A stretch of DNA of 32,000 nt. Source: Parasynechococcus marenigrum WH 8102 (lineage in GTDB: Bacteria > Cyanobacteriota > Cyanobacteriia > PCC-6307 > Cyanobiaceae). The DNA lies in the NCBI RefSeq assembly GCF_000195975.1, contig NC_005070.1, positions 2,340,001 through 2,372,000 on the forward strand. Direction: 5' to 3'. This document shows, in pieces, positions 18,546 through 26,667 of the stretch. The notes below the pieces were generated by a model. The model worked only from the letters and a program-made list of their open reading frames with translations. It was not told where the DNA came from and searched no databases. A program made the position numbers and the translations under genes. Every line of letters begins with the position of its first letter. The stretch's first letter is position 1.

Positions 18546-19733
18546 TCAGATCACATCCATCACGCGCTCGGCACGATTCACCATGCAGGTGAGCAGTGCC
18601 ATGCGCACAAACACCGCCCCACGCGCCTGGCTGAAATACCAGTTGTGCGGCGTGTCATCGAGACAGGTGCTCAGCTCGGGACCCCGGGCCAGGGGATGCA
18701 ACACGATCGCCTCCGGCTTGAACGGCAGATCCCGGGTGAGACGAAATCCACCGCCGTGCACCTCGTAGCTGTCGCCAACCCAGGCAATCGCATTGATGTA
18801 GACGACATCCAGATCGGGAATCTCAGCAGCCAGATCTGAACTGCAGCGGATGGACATCCCGCTTGCTTCCAGTTCCTCCAGCTGGCCTGGATCAAACAAA
18901 GGCGCTTCCGACTCCATCTCGGGCGCATGGATCACCACCACCTCCTCCAGGATCTGGGGGAATTTGCTGAGGATCCGCAGCAGCGAACGCACGGTGCGCA
19001 TCCGCGACGGCAAACCGATCACCCCGATGCGGATCCGATCCTTCGGGGAGACCTCTTTCGAAGCAAGGCTTGGACGCCATTTGAACATCGTGTAGAGATC
19101 CGCCATCGCCTGTGTCGGATGCTCATCAATGCCATTACCGGCATTGATGATCGGAATCCGCAGGGTGGAACTCATGGCGTACACGGCCTCCGGATTGCTG
19201 TCGCGTAGCACCACGCAGTCGCCGTAGTTGTTGAACATGTGCGCCACGTCCTCGAGCGACTCCCCCTTGGCGATGCCGGTGGTGCTGCGATCGGTGATGT
19301 TGATCGAATCACCGCCGAGGCGATGCCAGGCGCTGTCGAAGGAAAGGCGTGTGCGCGTGCTGGGCTCGTAGAACGCGTTGATCAGGATCTTGCCGGTGAG
19401 CGGCGTGTTGTGCCGGCAGTAACGGTCTGGGTTGCTCTCGAATTTCGCCGCCAGTCGAAACAACTGGAGCAGGGTTTCAGCACGAAATGCCTGAATCGAC
19501 ACCACGTGTTGATCGACAAGATCCACCAACGGCTCACCGTCTTCAGCAATTGCGGCCAAAAGCTCCTGCGGCTGATTGTGGCCGAACACATCAGGACCCA
19601 TCGGCTGGAAGCGGAGCGGCGCCGAAGCCTCCTCGATCACGGCTGTGTGGGGTTGTGCCATAAGCATTTGCATCAACACCCGATTTGCCAGATCGCGTGA
19701 TGTGCCATGAATCACATCATCCTTCGCTAACAA
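18546..19733 (-). CDS. ATCase-like transcarbamylase of unknown acceptor specificity (start codon uncertain)
   Basis: STRTR and HPTQ carbamoyl-phosphate motifs, RTVRSL (R167 equivalent), HPLAR, and C-terminal TPHNWYFSQARGAVFVRMALL close to E. coli PyrB [21 protein letters not shown]. The track ORF begins at TTG 19733. In-frame ATGs lie at 19673 and 19601. Confidence 0.8.
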   Translation of the reverse strand: MLAKDDVIHGTSRDLANRVLMQMLMAQPHTAVIEEASAPLRFQPMGPDVFGHNQPQELLAAIAEDGEPLVDLVDQHVVSIQAFRAETLLQLFRLAAKFESNPDRYCRHNTPLTGKILINAFYEPSTRTRLSFDSAWHRLGGDSINITDRSTTGIAKGESLEDVAHMFNNYGDCVVLRDSNPEAVYAMSSTLRIPIINAGNGIDEHPTQAMADLYTMFKWRPSLASKEVSPKDRIRIGVIGLPSRMRTVRSLLRILSKFPQILEEVVVIHAPEMESEAPLFDPGQLEELEASGMSIRCSSDLAAEIPDLDVVYINAIAWVGDSYEVHGGGFRLTRDLPFKPEAIVLHPLARGPELSTCLDDTPHNWYFSQARGAVFVRMALLTCMVNRAERVMDVI

Positions 19734-19768
19734 CGAACCAGCACCCCTGACCAGCTTAAAAGAAGTTC

Positions 19769-19805
19769 TTTATACAAATAACTGGCAAATAGTTCGAATG
19801 AATAC
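19769..19805 (-). promoter_or_regulatory. candidate promoter of the transcarbamylase operon (NtcA-like site plus strong -10)
   Basis: The minus strand reads GTATTCATTCGAAC (GTA-N8-AAC, 19805..19792), then 17 nt, then TATAAA (19774..19769). The spacing is shorter than the canonical ~22 nt. Confidence 0.35.
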
Positions 19806-19837
19806 CAAATCCGCCGCAAATTGTTCACTTTGAACAT

Positions 19838-19984
19838 TCACCAGACGCGTCCATTGCGCCACTCAAACCACCAAATCACCAGCAATGCGAGCACAGAACA
19901 GACGAGCGCCACCTGGCTTCCCACCAGGACCAGACCGAACCAGTGTTGATCCACCAGAACCGTGAGCAGCAACGCATTGGCCAT
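19838..19984 (-). CDS. unlisted 48-aa single-TM mini-ORF immediately downstream of the symporter
   Basis: My translation: MANALLLTVLVDQHWFGLVLVGSQVALVCSVLALLVIWWFEWRNGRVW. The ATG lies 5 nt after the symporter stop. It is below the ORF-track length cut-off. Confidence 0.35.
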   Translation of the reverse strand: MANALLLTVLVDQHWFGLVLVGSQVALVCSVLALLVIWWFEWRNGRVW

Positions 19985-19989
19985 GGCGT

Positions 19990-21420
19990 TCACACCCCCT
20001 CTTGCAGACGATTGAAATCAAACCCTTCCGGCTGCCAGCGGCTGCCCACCACCATCACGACAGCCGAAACGGCTGCGGAGAACACTGCCGCGCAATAGGG
20101 AGCAATCAGAACGTAAGCCGATAGTCCGACGGCACTGCCGGCTGCCATGGCGACGATCGCTGCCCAACGATTGGCAGAAGACCAGTAGAGACCGCAAGCC
20201 ACAGGCCAGACCGTGGAGGCCACCAACGCACCGGTGAAGAACAGCACCGACGCCAACGAATCCAGTCGCGGCCAGGACAGGGCCAGGGTGAGAACAGACA
20301 GGCCAACCACCATCTGCCGGGCCGCCTGCTTGAGCTGTGCATCGCTCGCCTGAGGGCGCAGCAGACGGAAATAGACGTCTTCCGCCAGCAGATCCGCCGT
20401 GGACGCCAACAGCGAATCCAGGGTGGAGGTGAGTGACGCGAAGACCACCACAAACACCAGTGCCGCCCCACCAGCCCCCAGAAGATCGGCCGCCATTACA
20501 GGGAACACCATGTTCACCTGCTCCAGCGGCAGGTCCCTGGCCAGCGCCACCAGACCGATCGATCCCGTCACCAGGGGGATACTCATCCAGGCCAATCCCC
20601 CCAAGACAAACGAGGTCATCACCACACTGCGCCGGCTGGCGAACACCCGCGACCACCAGATGTTGTTGTGAAAGACCTCACCCATCGAGAACAGGGCGGA
20701 ATTCCAGGCGATCAGCAGACCAGCCGGAAGCAAGAGATCCAGCCGGTCAGGGTGCGTACTGATCAAGCGAGCATGCACCTCCGGCATCGGGAACTGACGG
20801 AACGCCAGCACCGCCACCACCGCCAGCAACACCATGATCAGCAGCGACTGGATGAAATCGGTTCCGATCACTGCCCGCATGCCACCGAACAGGGTGTAAA
20901 CGGTGGAGACGCCGATCACCACCACCATGCCTACGTGGTAATCGAAGCCGGAGAGCGCCTGAAGCAACAGACCGGCCCCCATGGCCTGGGTCATCAGAAA
21001 ACCGAGGGTGTACACAGCGGTGATCACCATGAACACCCACCACGCCAGGCGCCCGTAACGCAACCGGATGAAATCGCCACTGGTGCGGCCATGCGGCATC
21101 AGCTGCTTGATCCGCACGGCCAGCGGCGCGAACAGGATCAAGCCCAGACCGGCCAGGGCATAACTGAACATGCCCCAAAGACCAGTCCTGTAGCCGAATT
21201 CCGGAGCCAGCAGTGTGGTGTTTCCGGTCACCCAGGAGGCCATCAGCGTGGCCGTGCTCAACGCCAACCCGATGTTGCGTCCGGCCAGCATGTAGTCGTC
21301 GGCATCTCCTTTACCGCGGCGGCCCCAGACGATCCCCAAGGCGATCCACAGCACGGAAAACAACACAACCAGGGCCCAGGCGATGCCAGGCGCCAGAAAA
21401 GGTGCGGCGTCAGCGGGCAT
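19990..21420 (-). CDS. sodium:solute symporter (SSS) family transporter
   Basis: About 476-aa polytopic protein with an SSS-like N-terminal region (YMLAGRNIGLALSTATLMASWVTGNT...). I prefer ATG 21420; the track ORF starts at GTG 21438. Confidence 0.85.
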   Translation of the reverse strand: MPADAAPFLAPGIAWALVVLFSVLWIALGIVWGRRGKGDADDYMLAGRNIGLALSTATLMASWVTGNTTLLAPEFGYRTGLWGMFSYALAGLGLILFAPLAVRIKQLMPHGRTSGDFIRLRYGRLAWWVFMVITAVYTLGFLMTQAMGAGLLLQALSGFDYHVGMVVVIGVSTVYTLFGGMRAVIGTDFIQSLLIMVLLAVVAVLAFRQFPMPEVHARLISTHPDRLDLLLPAGLLIAWNSALFSMGEVFHNNIWWSRVFASRRSVVMTSFVLGGLAWMSIPLVTGSIGLVALARDLPLEQVNMVFPVMAADLLGAGGAALVFVVVFASLTSTLDSLLASTADLLAEDVYFRLLRPQASDAQLKQAARQMVVGLSVLTLALSWPRLDSLASVLFFTGALVASTVWPVACGLYWSSANRWAAIVAMAAGSAVGLSAYVLIAPYCAAVFSAAVSAVVMVVGSRWQPEGFDFNRLQEGV

Positions 21421-21535
21421 CGACCGACCCCCGATCACGCCAGTGCAGATGGCCCTGAATGATCATCGCCACCGTTGCCAGGGTCACCGCAGCACCGAGG
21501 GCAAAGACCAGTCCAGCCCAGAGATTGTCATCCAA
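21410..21535 (-). CDS. unlisted 41-aa single-TM mini-ORF overlapping the symporter start
   Basis: TTG 21535 is preceded by AAGAGGAGA with a 7-nt spacer. The product is (M)DDNLWAGLVFALGAAVTLATVAMIIQGHLHWRDRGSVDAR. Its TGA (21412..21410) overlaps codons 3-4 of the symporter, which suggests translational coupling. Confidence 0.35.
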   Translation of the reverse strand: MDDNLWAGLVFALGAAVTLATVAMIIQGHLHWRDRGSVDAR

Positions 21536-21669
21536 AGCGAATCTCCTCTTCAGCAGATCTCAGACAAGCAAATCGCGGTGTTCTTGAGCTTGCATTCACG
21601 AATAACAAGTCGCTGGCGCTACCCAAATCACAGGCTGTCAGCGCACTGATGCCTTCAATCTCGAAATGT

Positions 21670-21683
21670 GTAGCAATCACAAC
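21670..21683. promoter_or_regulatory. GTA-N8-AAC motif in the divergent gap between the symporter unit and the ATP-grasp operon
   Basis: GTAGCAATCACAAC shares GTAGCAAT with the site upstream of nrtP. I found no well-spaced -10 box on either strand. Confidence 0.2.
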
Positions 21684-21733
21684 CCGCGGGGCCCTGATCG
21701 AGTTTTTGGATGCGCCTATTCATCGTTCAGGCA

Positions 21734-23206
21734 ATGTTCACCGAGTACCGACCAACCCATGGGTACGACGAATATTTTTGCCGTGAACAGTCCGCTCCCC
21801 GCGCTGATCTGGAGCCGCTGCTGTCCTCCCTTGGAGCCATGGGGCTGGCGGAACTGAATCGCAGTCATGCATCAGCGAGCAATCTGTTGCGACGTCTTGG
21901 CGCCACCTTCCGACTCAACGGATCAGGTCTGCATGGCGGAGAGCGGATCCTTCCCTTCGATCCACTGCCAAGACTCATTCACCGTCAGGAATGGTCCGTT
22001 CTGGAGCGCGGATTGGTGCAACGCCTGGAGGCCATTGATCAGTTTCTGGCGGACGTTTATGGACCCCAACGGATCCTCAATGATGGCGTGATCCCCCGTG
22101 AGGATGTGGAGAGCTCCCAGGGCTGGCGGCCCCAGATGCAGGACATCGCCGTGCCGCTCAACCGCTGGTGCCACATCTCAGGTCTGGATCTGATCCGCGA
22201 TGGCGACGGCACCTGGAGGGTTCTGGAGGACAACCTGCGCTGCCCCTCTGGCGTGGCTTATTTCCTTGAGAACCGTCGGGTGATGAAGCGGTTGTTCCCC
22301 AGCCTGTTCCAAGGGCGAACCGTGCAGCCGATCGACGATTACCCCTCCCATCTCTTGCGCACGTTGCAGGATCTGGCTCCTTGGAGTGATGCCCCACGGG
22401 TGGTGCTGCTCACCCCCGGCGTGTTCAACAGCGCCTACTTCGAGCACAGCTATCTGGCCCAGCAGATGGGCATTGCCCTGGTGGAAGGCCGCGATCTGAT
22501 CTGTGAAGACGGACGCGTCTGGATGCGCAGCACGGCCGGTCGGGAACCTGTGGATGTGATCTACCGGCGCATCGATGACGATTTCCTCGATCCGAACGTG
22601 TTCCGACGCGATTCGATGCTCGGTGTCCCCGGCCTCATCGATGCCATGCGCTCCGGTCGGGTGGCCATCGCCAACGCCCCTGGGAGCGGTGTCGCTGACG
22701 ACAAGCTGATCTATGCCTACGTGCCGGCCATGATCCGTTACTACCTCAACGAAGAACCGATCATCGACAACGTCCCCACCTATCTCTGCTCAAGGGACGA
22801 CGACCGCCGTTATGTGCTCGAACATCTCAACGAACTGGTAGTGAAATCAGTCGCCGAGGCAGGCGGCTACGGAATGTTGATCGGGCCCCATGCCAGTTCT
22901 GAGGAGATTGAGAGCTTCGCGGTGAAGATCAAGGCTCACCCGCGCAATTTCATCGCCCAGCCCACCCTGCAGTTATCCACAGTTCCATCCCTGAGCGAAG
23001 GGGAGCTGTACCCCTGCCATGTGGATCTGCGCCCCTACGTGCTCCGGGGTAAAAGCGACTGGGTCAGCCCCGGCGGCTTGACTCGTGTAGCCCTGAAACG
23101 CGGTTCCCTTGTGGTGAACTCCTCCCAGGGGGGCGGCTGCAAGGACACCTGGGTGGTCAGCGACAGTGCCGTAACGGCTGGCAATCAGGAGCTCGTGCCG
23201 TGCTGA
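21734..23206 (+). CDS. circularly permuted type-2 ATP-grasp protein (DUF404/DUF407 family)
   Basis: MFTEYRPTHGYDEYF...ERILPFDPLPRLIHRQEWSVLERGLVQRLEAIDQFLADVYG...VLEDNLRCPSGVAYFLENRRVMKRLFP matches the family pattern as I recall it. An alternative ATG lies at 21710. Confidence 0.85.
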   Translation: MFTEYRPTHGYDEYFCREQSAPRADLEPLLSSLGAMGLAELNRSHASASNLLRRLGATFRLNGSGLHGGERILPFDPLPRLIHRQEWSVLERGLVQRLEAIDQFLADVYGPQRILNDGVIPREDVESSQGWRPQMQDIAVPLNRWCHISGLDLIRDGDGTWRVLEDNLRCPSGVAYFLENRRVMKRLFPSLFQGRTVQPIDDYPSHLLRTLQDLAPWSDAPRVVLLTPGVFNSAYFEHSYLAQQMGIALVEGRDLICEDGRVWMRSTAGREPVDVIYRRIDDDFLDPNVFRRDSMLGVPGLIDAMRSGRVAIANAPGSGVADDKLIYAYVPAMIRYYLNEEPIIDNVPTYLCSRDDDRRYVLEHLNELVVKSVAEAGGYGMLIGPHASSEEIESFAVKIKAHPRNFIAQPTLQLSTVPSLSEGELYPCHVDLRPYVLRGKSDWVSPGGLTRVALKRGSLVVNSSQGGGCKDTWVVSDSAVTAGNQELVPC

Positions 23207-24183
23207 GCCGTGTGGCCGATTCGCTGTACTGGATCAACCGGTATGTCGAGCGGGCCGAAAACATCTCCCGGTTTCTGGAAGTAAGCGAAGCCATGGCCCT
23301 GGATTGCCCCCCCGGCAGCGCTGAGCCCTGGCTTCCCCTGGTGGATGCCAATGGGGACCGCAAGCGGTTTGACGAGGCCTATCCCCAATGCACACCACGG
23401 GACGTCGTCAGCTTTCTGCTGCTGGATCGCGACAACCCCAACAGCATCGTGAGTTGCATCGCCAACGCCCGTGAGAACGCTCGCCAAATCCGCGATGTGA
23501 TCACCACGGAAATGTGGGAGCAGCTCAATGACCTCTATTGGAACGTTCAAGACGGTGAGGCGCTCTGGCAGGAGCCGGATCAAGAACAGCTGCGCAGCAT
23601 CCGACGCGGATGTCAGCTCTTCTACGGCATCACGGACGTGACCCTCAGTCGTGATCAAGCCTGGCTGTTCAGCCAGCTGGGACGGCTGATCGAACGGGCA
23701 GACAAAACCTCCCGCATCCTCGATGTGAAGTACTTCCTTCTGTTGCCAACGCCAACGGAGGTGGGCGGCGTTCTCGATGAATTGCAGTGGATCTCACTGC
23801 TTCGAACAGCTGGGGCTTATCAGATGTATCGCCAGAGCGTGCAGCAGGCGATCACACCAGCATCAGTTGCACGATTCCTGCTCCTGGATCCGATCTTTCC
23901 CCGTTCGGTCCGCTTCTGCCTGCAACAGATCAACGAGACGCTGCAACGCATTCAGAGGAAACCCCACACCGGCCCACCGGATGACCTGGAATGCCTGGGC
24001 GGTCAGTTGCTCGCCCAATGGAGCTACGTCCGCATCGACGCTCTGATCGAACGCGGACTGCATGAGGCCATCGATCAACTGCAAAGCGATCTGAACCGAC
24101 TGCATGGCCTCATCCACCGTTGCTACTTCACCACCACCGACCTGGGCTCCATCCCCACCGAGCCGTCATGCGCGCTGAGCTGA
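23200..24183 (+). CDS. alpha-E domain protein (DUF403)
   Basis: MLSRVADSLYWINRYVERAENISRFLEV is the hallmark alpha-E N-terminus. The GTG start overlaps the ATP-grasp stop (GTGCTGA). Confidence 0.85.
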   Translation: MLSRVADSLYWINRYVERAENISRFLEVSEAMALDCPPGSAEPWLPLVDANGDRKRFDEAYPQCTPRDVVSFLLLDRDNPNSIVSCIANARENARQIRDVITTEMWEQLNDLYWNVQDGEALWQEPDQEQLRSIRRGCQLFYGITDVTLSRDQAWLFSQLGRLIERADKTSRILDVKYFLLLPTPTEVGGVLDELQWISLLRTAGAYQMYRQSVQQAITPASVARFLLLDPIFPRSVRFCLQQINETLQRIQRKPHTGPPDDLECLGGQLLAQWSYVRIDALIERGLHEAIDQLQSDLNRLHGLIHRCYFTTTDLGSIPTEPSCALS

Positions 24184-25067
24184 ACCATCGCCTCACATAT
24201 CGCTACGAGGCTCCCGTGCAGCTCGGAGAACACCGCCTCTGTCTGCGGCCCCGGGCCCAGGGCCATCAACGGCTGATCCACCACACACTGCAGATCACAC
24301 CGGAACCCTTCCACAGCCATGAGCTGTTGGCCGCCAGTGGCGATGCGATCGAGCGCGTGCGCTTCCGAGGCAGCACCGATTTGCTGCAGCTCGAAGCCAG
24401 GAGCTTGGTGGAAACCCGGCAGGCCGCACCGCTGCTCACATGTTTCAACGGACTTGAACCCTCGCTTCCCTATCCGCGCGGTCTGCTGAACCACGACCTA
24501 CTGGGGGCTCTGGAAGGGTGGTTGCCCAACGGTCAACACGACCCCTCAGCTGTGGAACTGGCGCAGGACGCTCTGATGGGAAGCAATCAGCAGGTGCTGC
24601 CTTTTCTCCAGCAACTGATGGAGATGATCCAGGACCGGGTCAAGTACACCCAGCGCCATGTGGGCCCAGCCTGGCCAGCGGGCAGGACCTTGCGGGAGCG
24701 TGTGGGCTCATGCCGTGATCTGGCGATGCTGATGATGGAGTGCTGCCGCAGCGTGGGGCTGCCGGCTCGGTTTGTGAGTGGTTACCACCTGGCCGAACCA
24801 GCACCTGAGACCTACGACCTTCACGCCTGGACCGAGATTTATCTGCCGGGTGCCGGCTGGCGCGGTTTTGATCCAAGTGCAGGTGGTGAAATTACCTCGC
24901 GCTACATCGTGCTTGTCAGTTCCTCCAAACCGGATCTCAGTGCAGCGGTTCAGGGAAGCTTTACAGGACCCCCAGCAACGACAAGCCACCTGAGCTGGAC
25001 CATTGACGCGGATGTCGAACCCAGACCGGTCGCTTCGTCCAGCCAAACCATGGTTCAGGCCGCCTGA
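24168..25067 (+). CDS. transglutaminase-like cysteine peptidase family protein (N-terminal Bact_transglu_N-type region plus core)
   Basis: ATG 24168 (MRAELNHRLTYRYEAPVQLGEHRLCLRPR) overlaps the alpha-E gene by 16 nt. A Cys-His-Asp triad is visible: GSCRDLA, LHAWTEIYLPGAGW, GFDPS. Confidence 0.85.
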   Translation: MRAELNHRLTYRYEAPVQLGEHRLCLRPRAQGHQRLIHHTLQITPEPFHSHELLAASGDAIERVRFRGSTDLLQLEARSLVETRQAAPLLTCFNGLEPSLPYPRGLLNHDLLGALEGWLPNGQHDPSAVELAQDALMGSNQQVLPFLQQLMEMIQDRVKYTQRHVGPAWPAGRTLRERVGSCRDLAMLMMECCRSVGLPARFVSGYHLAEPAPETYDLHAWTEIYLPGAGWRGFDPSAGGEITSRYIVLVSSSKPDLSAAVQGSFTGPPATTSHLSWTIDADVEPRPVASSSQTMVQAA

Positions 25068-25546
25068 AGCAGCGGCTCGACACCATGGAGACGGGGAGGC
25101 GGAGCCTGAATCGAGGTGACCGCTAACAGCGCTGGAATGCGGGCACTGTTGTAGACGCGGAATTCCTGCACCAACGACACCCCCTCCTCCCGGACCGCCT
25201 GGTTGAGAACCACCGAACCGTCGGGATCAGATACCGAGCGGTGAAACGTTCCGGGTGGAATGCGCAGGATGTCGCCGCCACTGTCGAGACGCACGATGTG
25301 GAACGGCTGATCCCAGGCCAGGTTGACGAGGTAGAACGTTCGCCCACCACTGGCGGCCAGAAGATTGTCTTCCTGGTGTGGATGGAGATAGAACTGCCAG
25401 GCCCCGCTGTCGGGATCGTTGGGTGGACTGGTGGCCGGGCCACTGTGGATCACCAGATCGCGGGCATTGGAGGTGTCCACCGTAACGTCGAAAAAACGCA
25501 CCGCTGGTGTGTCGCGGAAGCGTTCATAGGCCAGCAGTTCAAACAT
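25055..25546 (-). CDS. cupin-fold protein of unknown function
   Basis: GDILRIPPGTFH fits cupin motif 2 (G-x5-P-x-G-x2-H) and YLHPHQED is motif-1-like. I prefer ATG 25546 (MFELLAYERF); the track ORF starts at TTG 25630. Confidence 0.5.
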   Translation of the reverse strand: MFELLAYERFRDTPAVRFFDVTVDTSNARDLVIHSGPATSPPNDPDSGAWQFYLHPHQEDNLLAASGGRTFYLVNLAWDQPFHIVRLDSGGDILRIPPGTFHRSVSDPDGSVVLNQAVREEGVSLVQEFRVYNSARIPALLAVTSIQAPPPRLHGVEPLLQAA

Positions 25547-25626
25547 CTCCAGGGGCGTGACAAAGCCCAAGCTCTGACATGGTTGTACTGGGGTTATCGA
25601 AGCAAAACGGTGACGGTGGCAACGGT

Positions 25627-26667
25627 TCAACCACCGAGATAAGCCATTTCGGCATGGGGCATGGAACCGGTCGTCTGCTGGCGCTCATCGCTGTAACGGT
25701 CGTCACGGCGCCGCCAGAGATCAGCAACCAGCCGCAGCAATTCCGCCTCACAGTGCAGAGCGGGTTTCAGATCAGTCCCCACCGACGCGAAGAGGCAGCG
25801 GAACGCCTGTCCATCAGCTGTGACCCGCAGTCGATTGCAATCCCCGCAGAACGGCTCGCTGATCGAGGCGATCACGCCGAGATGTCCACCACCATCGACG
25901 TAACGCCAACGCTGAGCTGTTCCGCCGGTGGGTCGGCCAACTGCCTGAAGCGGCCACCGTGCCCTGATCCGCGTCACCATCTCCGCCGCTGACAGCACCT
26001 GATCCAGCCTCCACTGATTGCGGTTGCCCACATCCATGTACTCAATCAGGCGCAATTCCACACCTTGATCACGAGCCAGATCCGCCAGAGGCAGAAGCTG
26101 ATCCTCATTCACCCCCCGTTGGATCACGGCATTGAGCTTGAGTTCCCCCGCCAAAGGGTCAAAACCAGCGGAACGAGCCGAAGCCAATCCACCGAGTACC
26201 TTCCGCGCCAATGAATCCCCCGCTGTGGCAGTTGGTCGTCCTGCCATCCGCGCCACCACAGCCCCATCCACGCCATCAAGGCTCACGGTGATGCGATCCA
26301 AACCGGCCTGCCTGAGATCGCAAGCTCGCTGGTCGCTCAGCAAGGTCCCATTGGTGGTGAGGGCCACCTGCTGAAGACCCTGCAGTGGATCGCCAGGCGT
26401 TGCCCGTGCTGCCGCGATTGCCTGCAACAGGGGGAGAAGCCGAGCACTGAGCAACGGCTCGCCACCGGTAAGCCGCAGGCTGTGGATCCCCAGCCGGCAG
26501 GCAACACGAATCAGGCGCAGCTGCTGCTCCAGGCTGAGCAAATCCGGCGGATCCTCAAGATCCGGACAGCAGTAAGGACAGGCCAGGTTGCAGCGGGCCG
26601 TCAACGACAACCGAAGCACTCTCAACGGCCGCGACCGCTGATCGACAAGCGCTGAAGCTGGTGTCAT
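25627..26667 (-). CDS. moaA: GTP 3',8-cyclase MoaA (radical SAM, molybdenum cofactor biosynthesis)
   Basis: CNLACPYC (C-x3-C-x2-C) near the N-terminus and a C-terminal FCGDCNRLR cluster. ATG 26667 forms an ATGA overlap with the mobA stop. The longer track ORF would run into mobA. Confidence 0.9.
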   Translation of the reverse strand: MTPASALVDQRSRPLRVLRLSLTARCNLACPYCCPDLEDPPDLLSLEQQLRLIRVACRLGIHSLRLTGGEPLLSARLLPLLQAIAAARATPGDPLQGLQQVALTTNGTLLSDQRACDLRQAGLDRITVSLDGVDGAVVARMAGRPTATAGDSLARKVLGGLASARSAGFDPLAGELKLNAVIQRGVNEDQLLPLADLARDQGVELRLIEYMDVGNRNQWRLDQVLSAAEMVTRIRARWPLQAVGRPTGGTAQRWRYVDGGGHLGVIASISEPFCGDCNRLRVTADGQAFRCLFASVGTDLKPALHCEAELLRLVADLWRRRDDRYSDERQQTTGSMPHAEMAYLGG

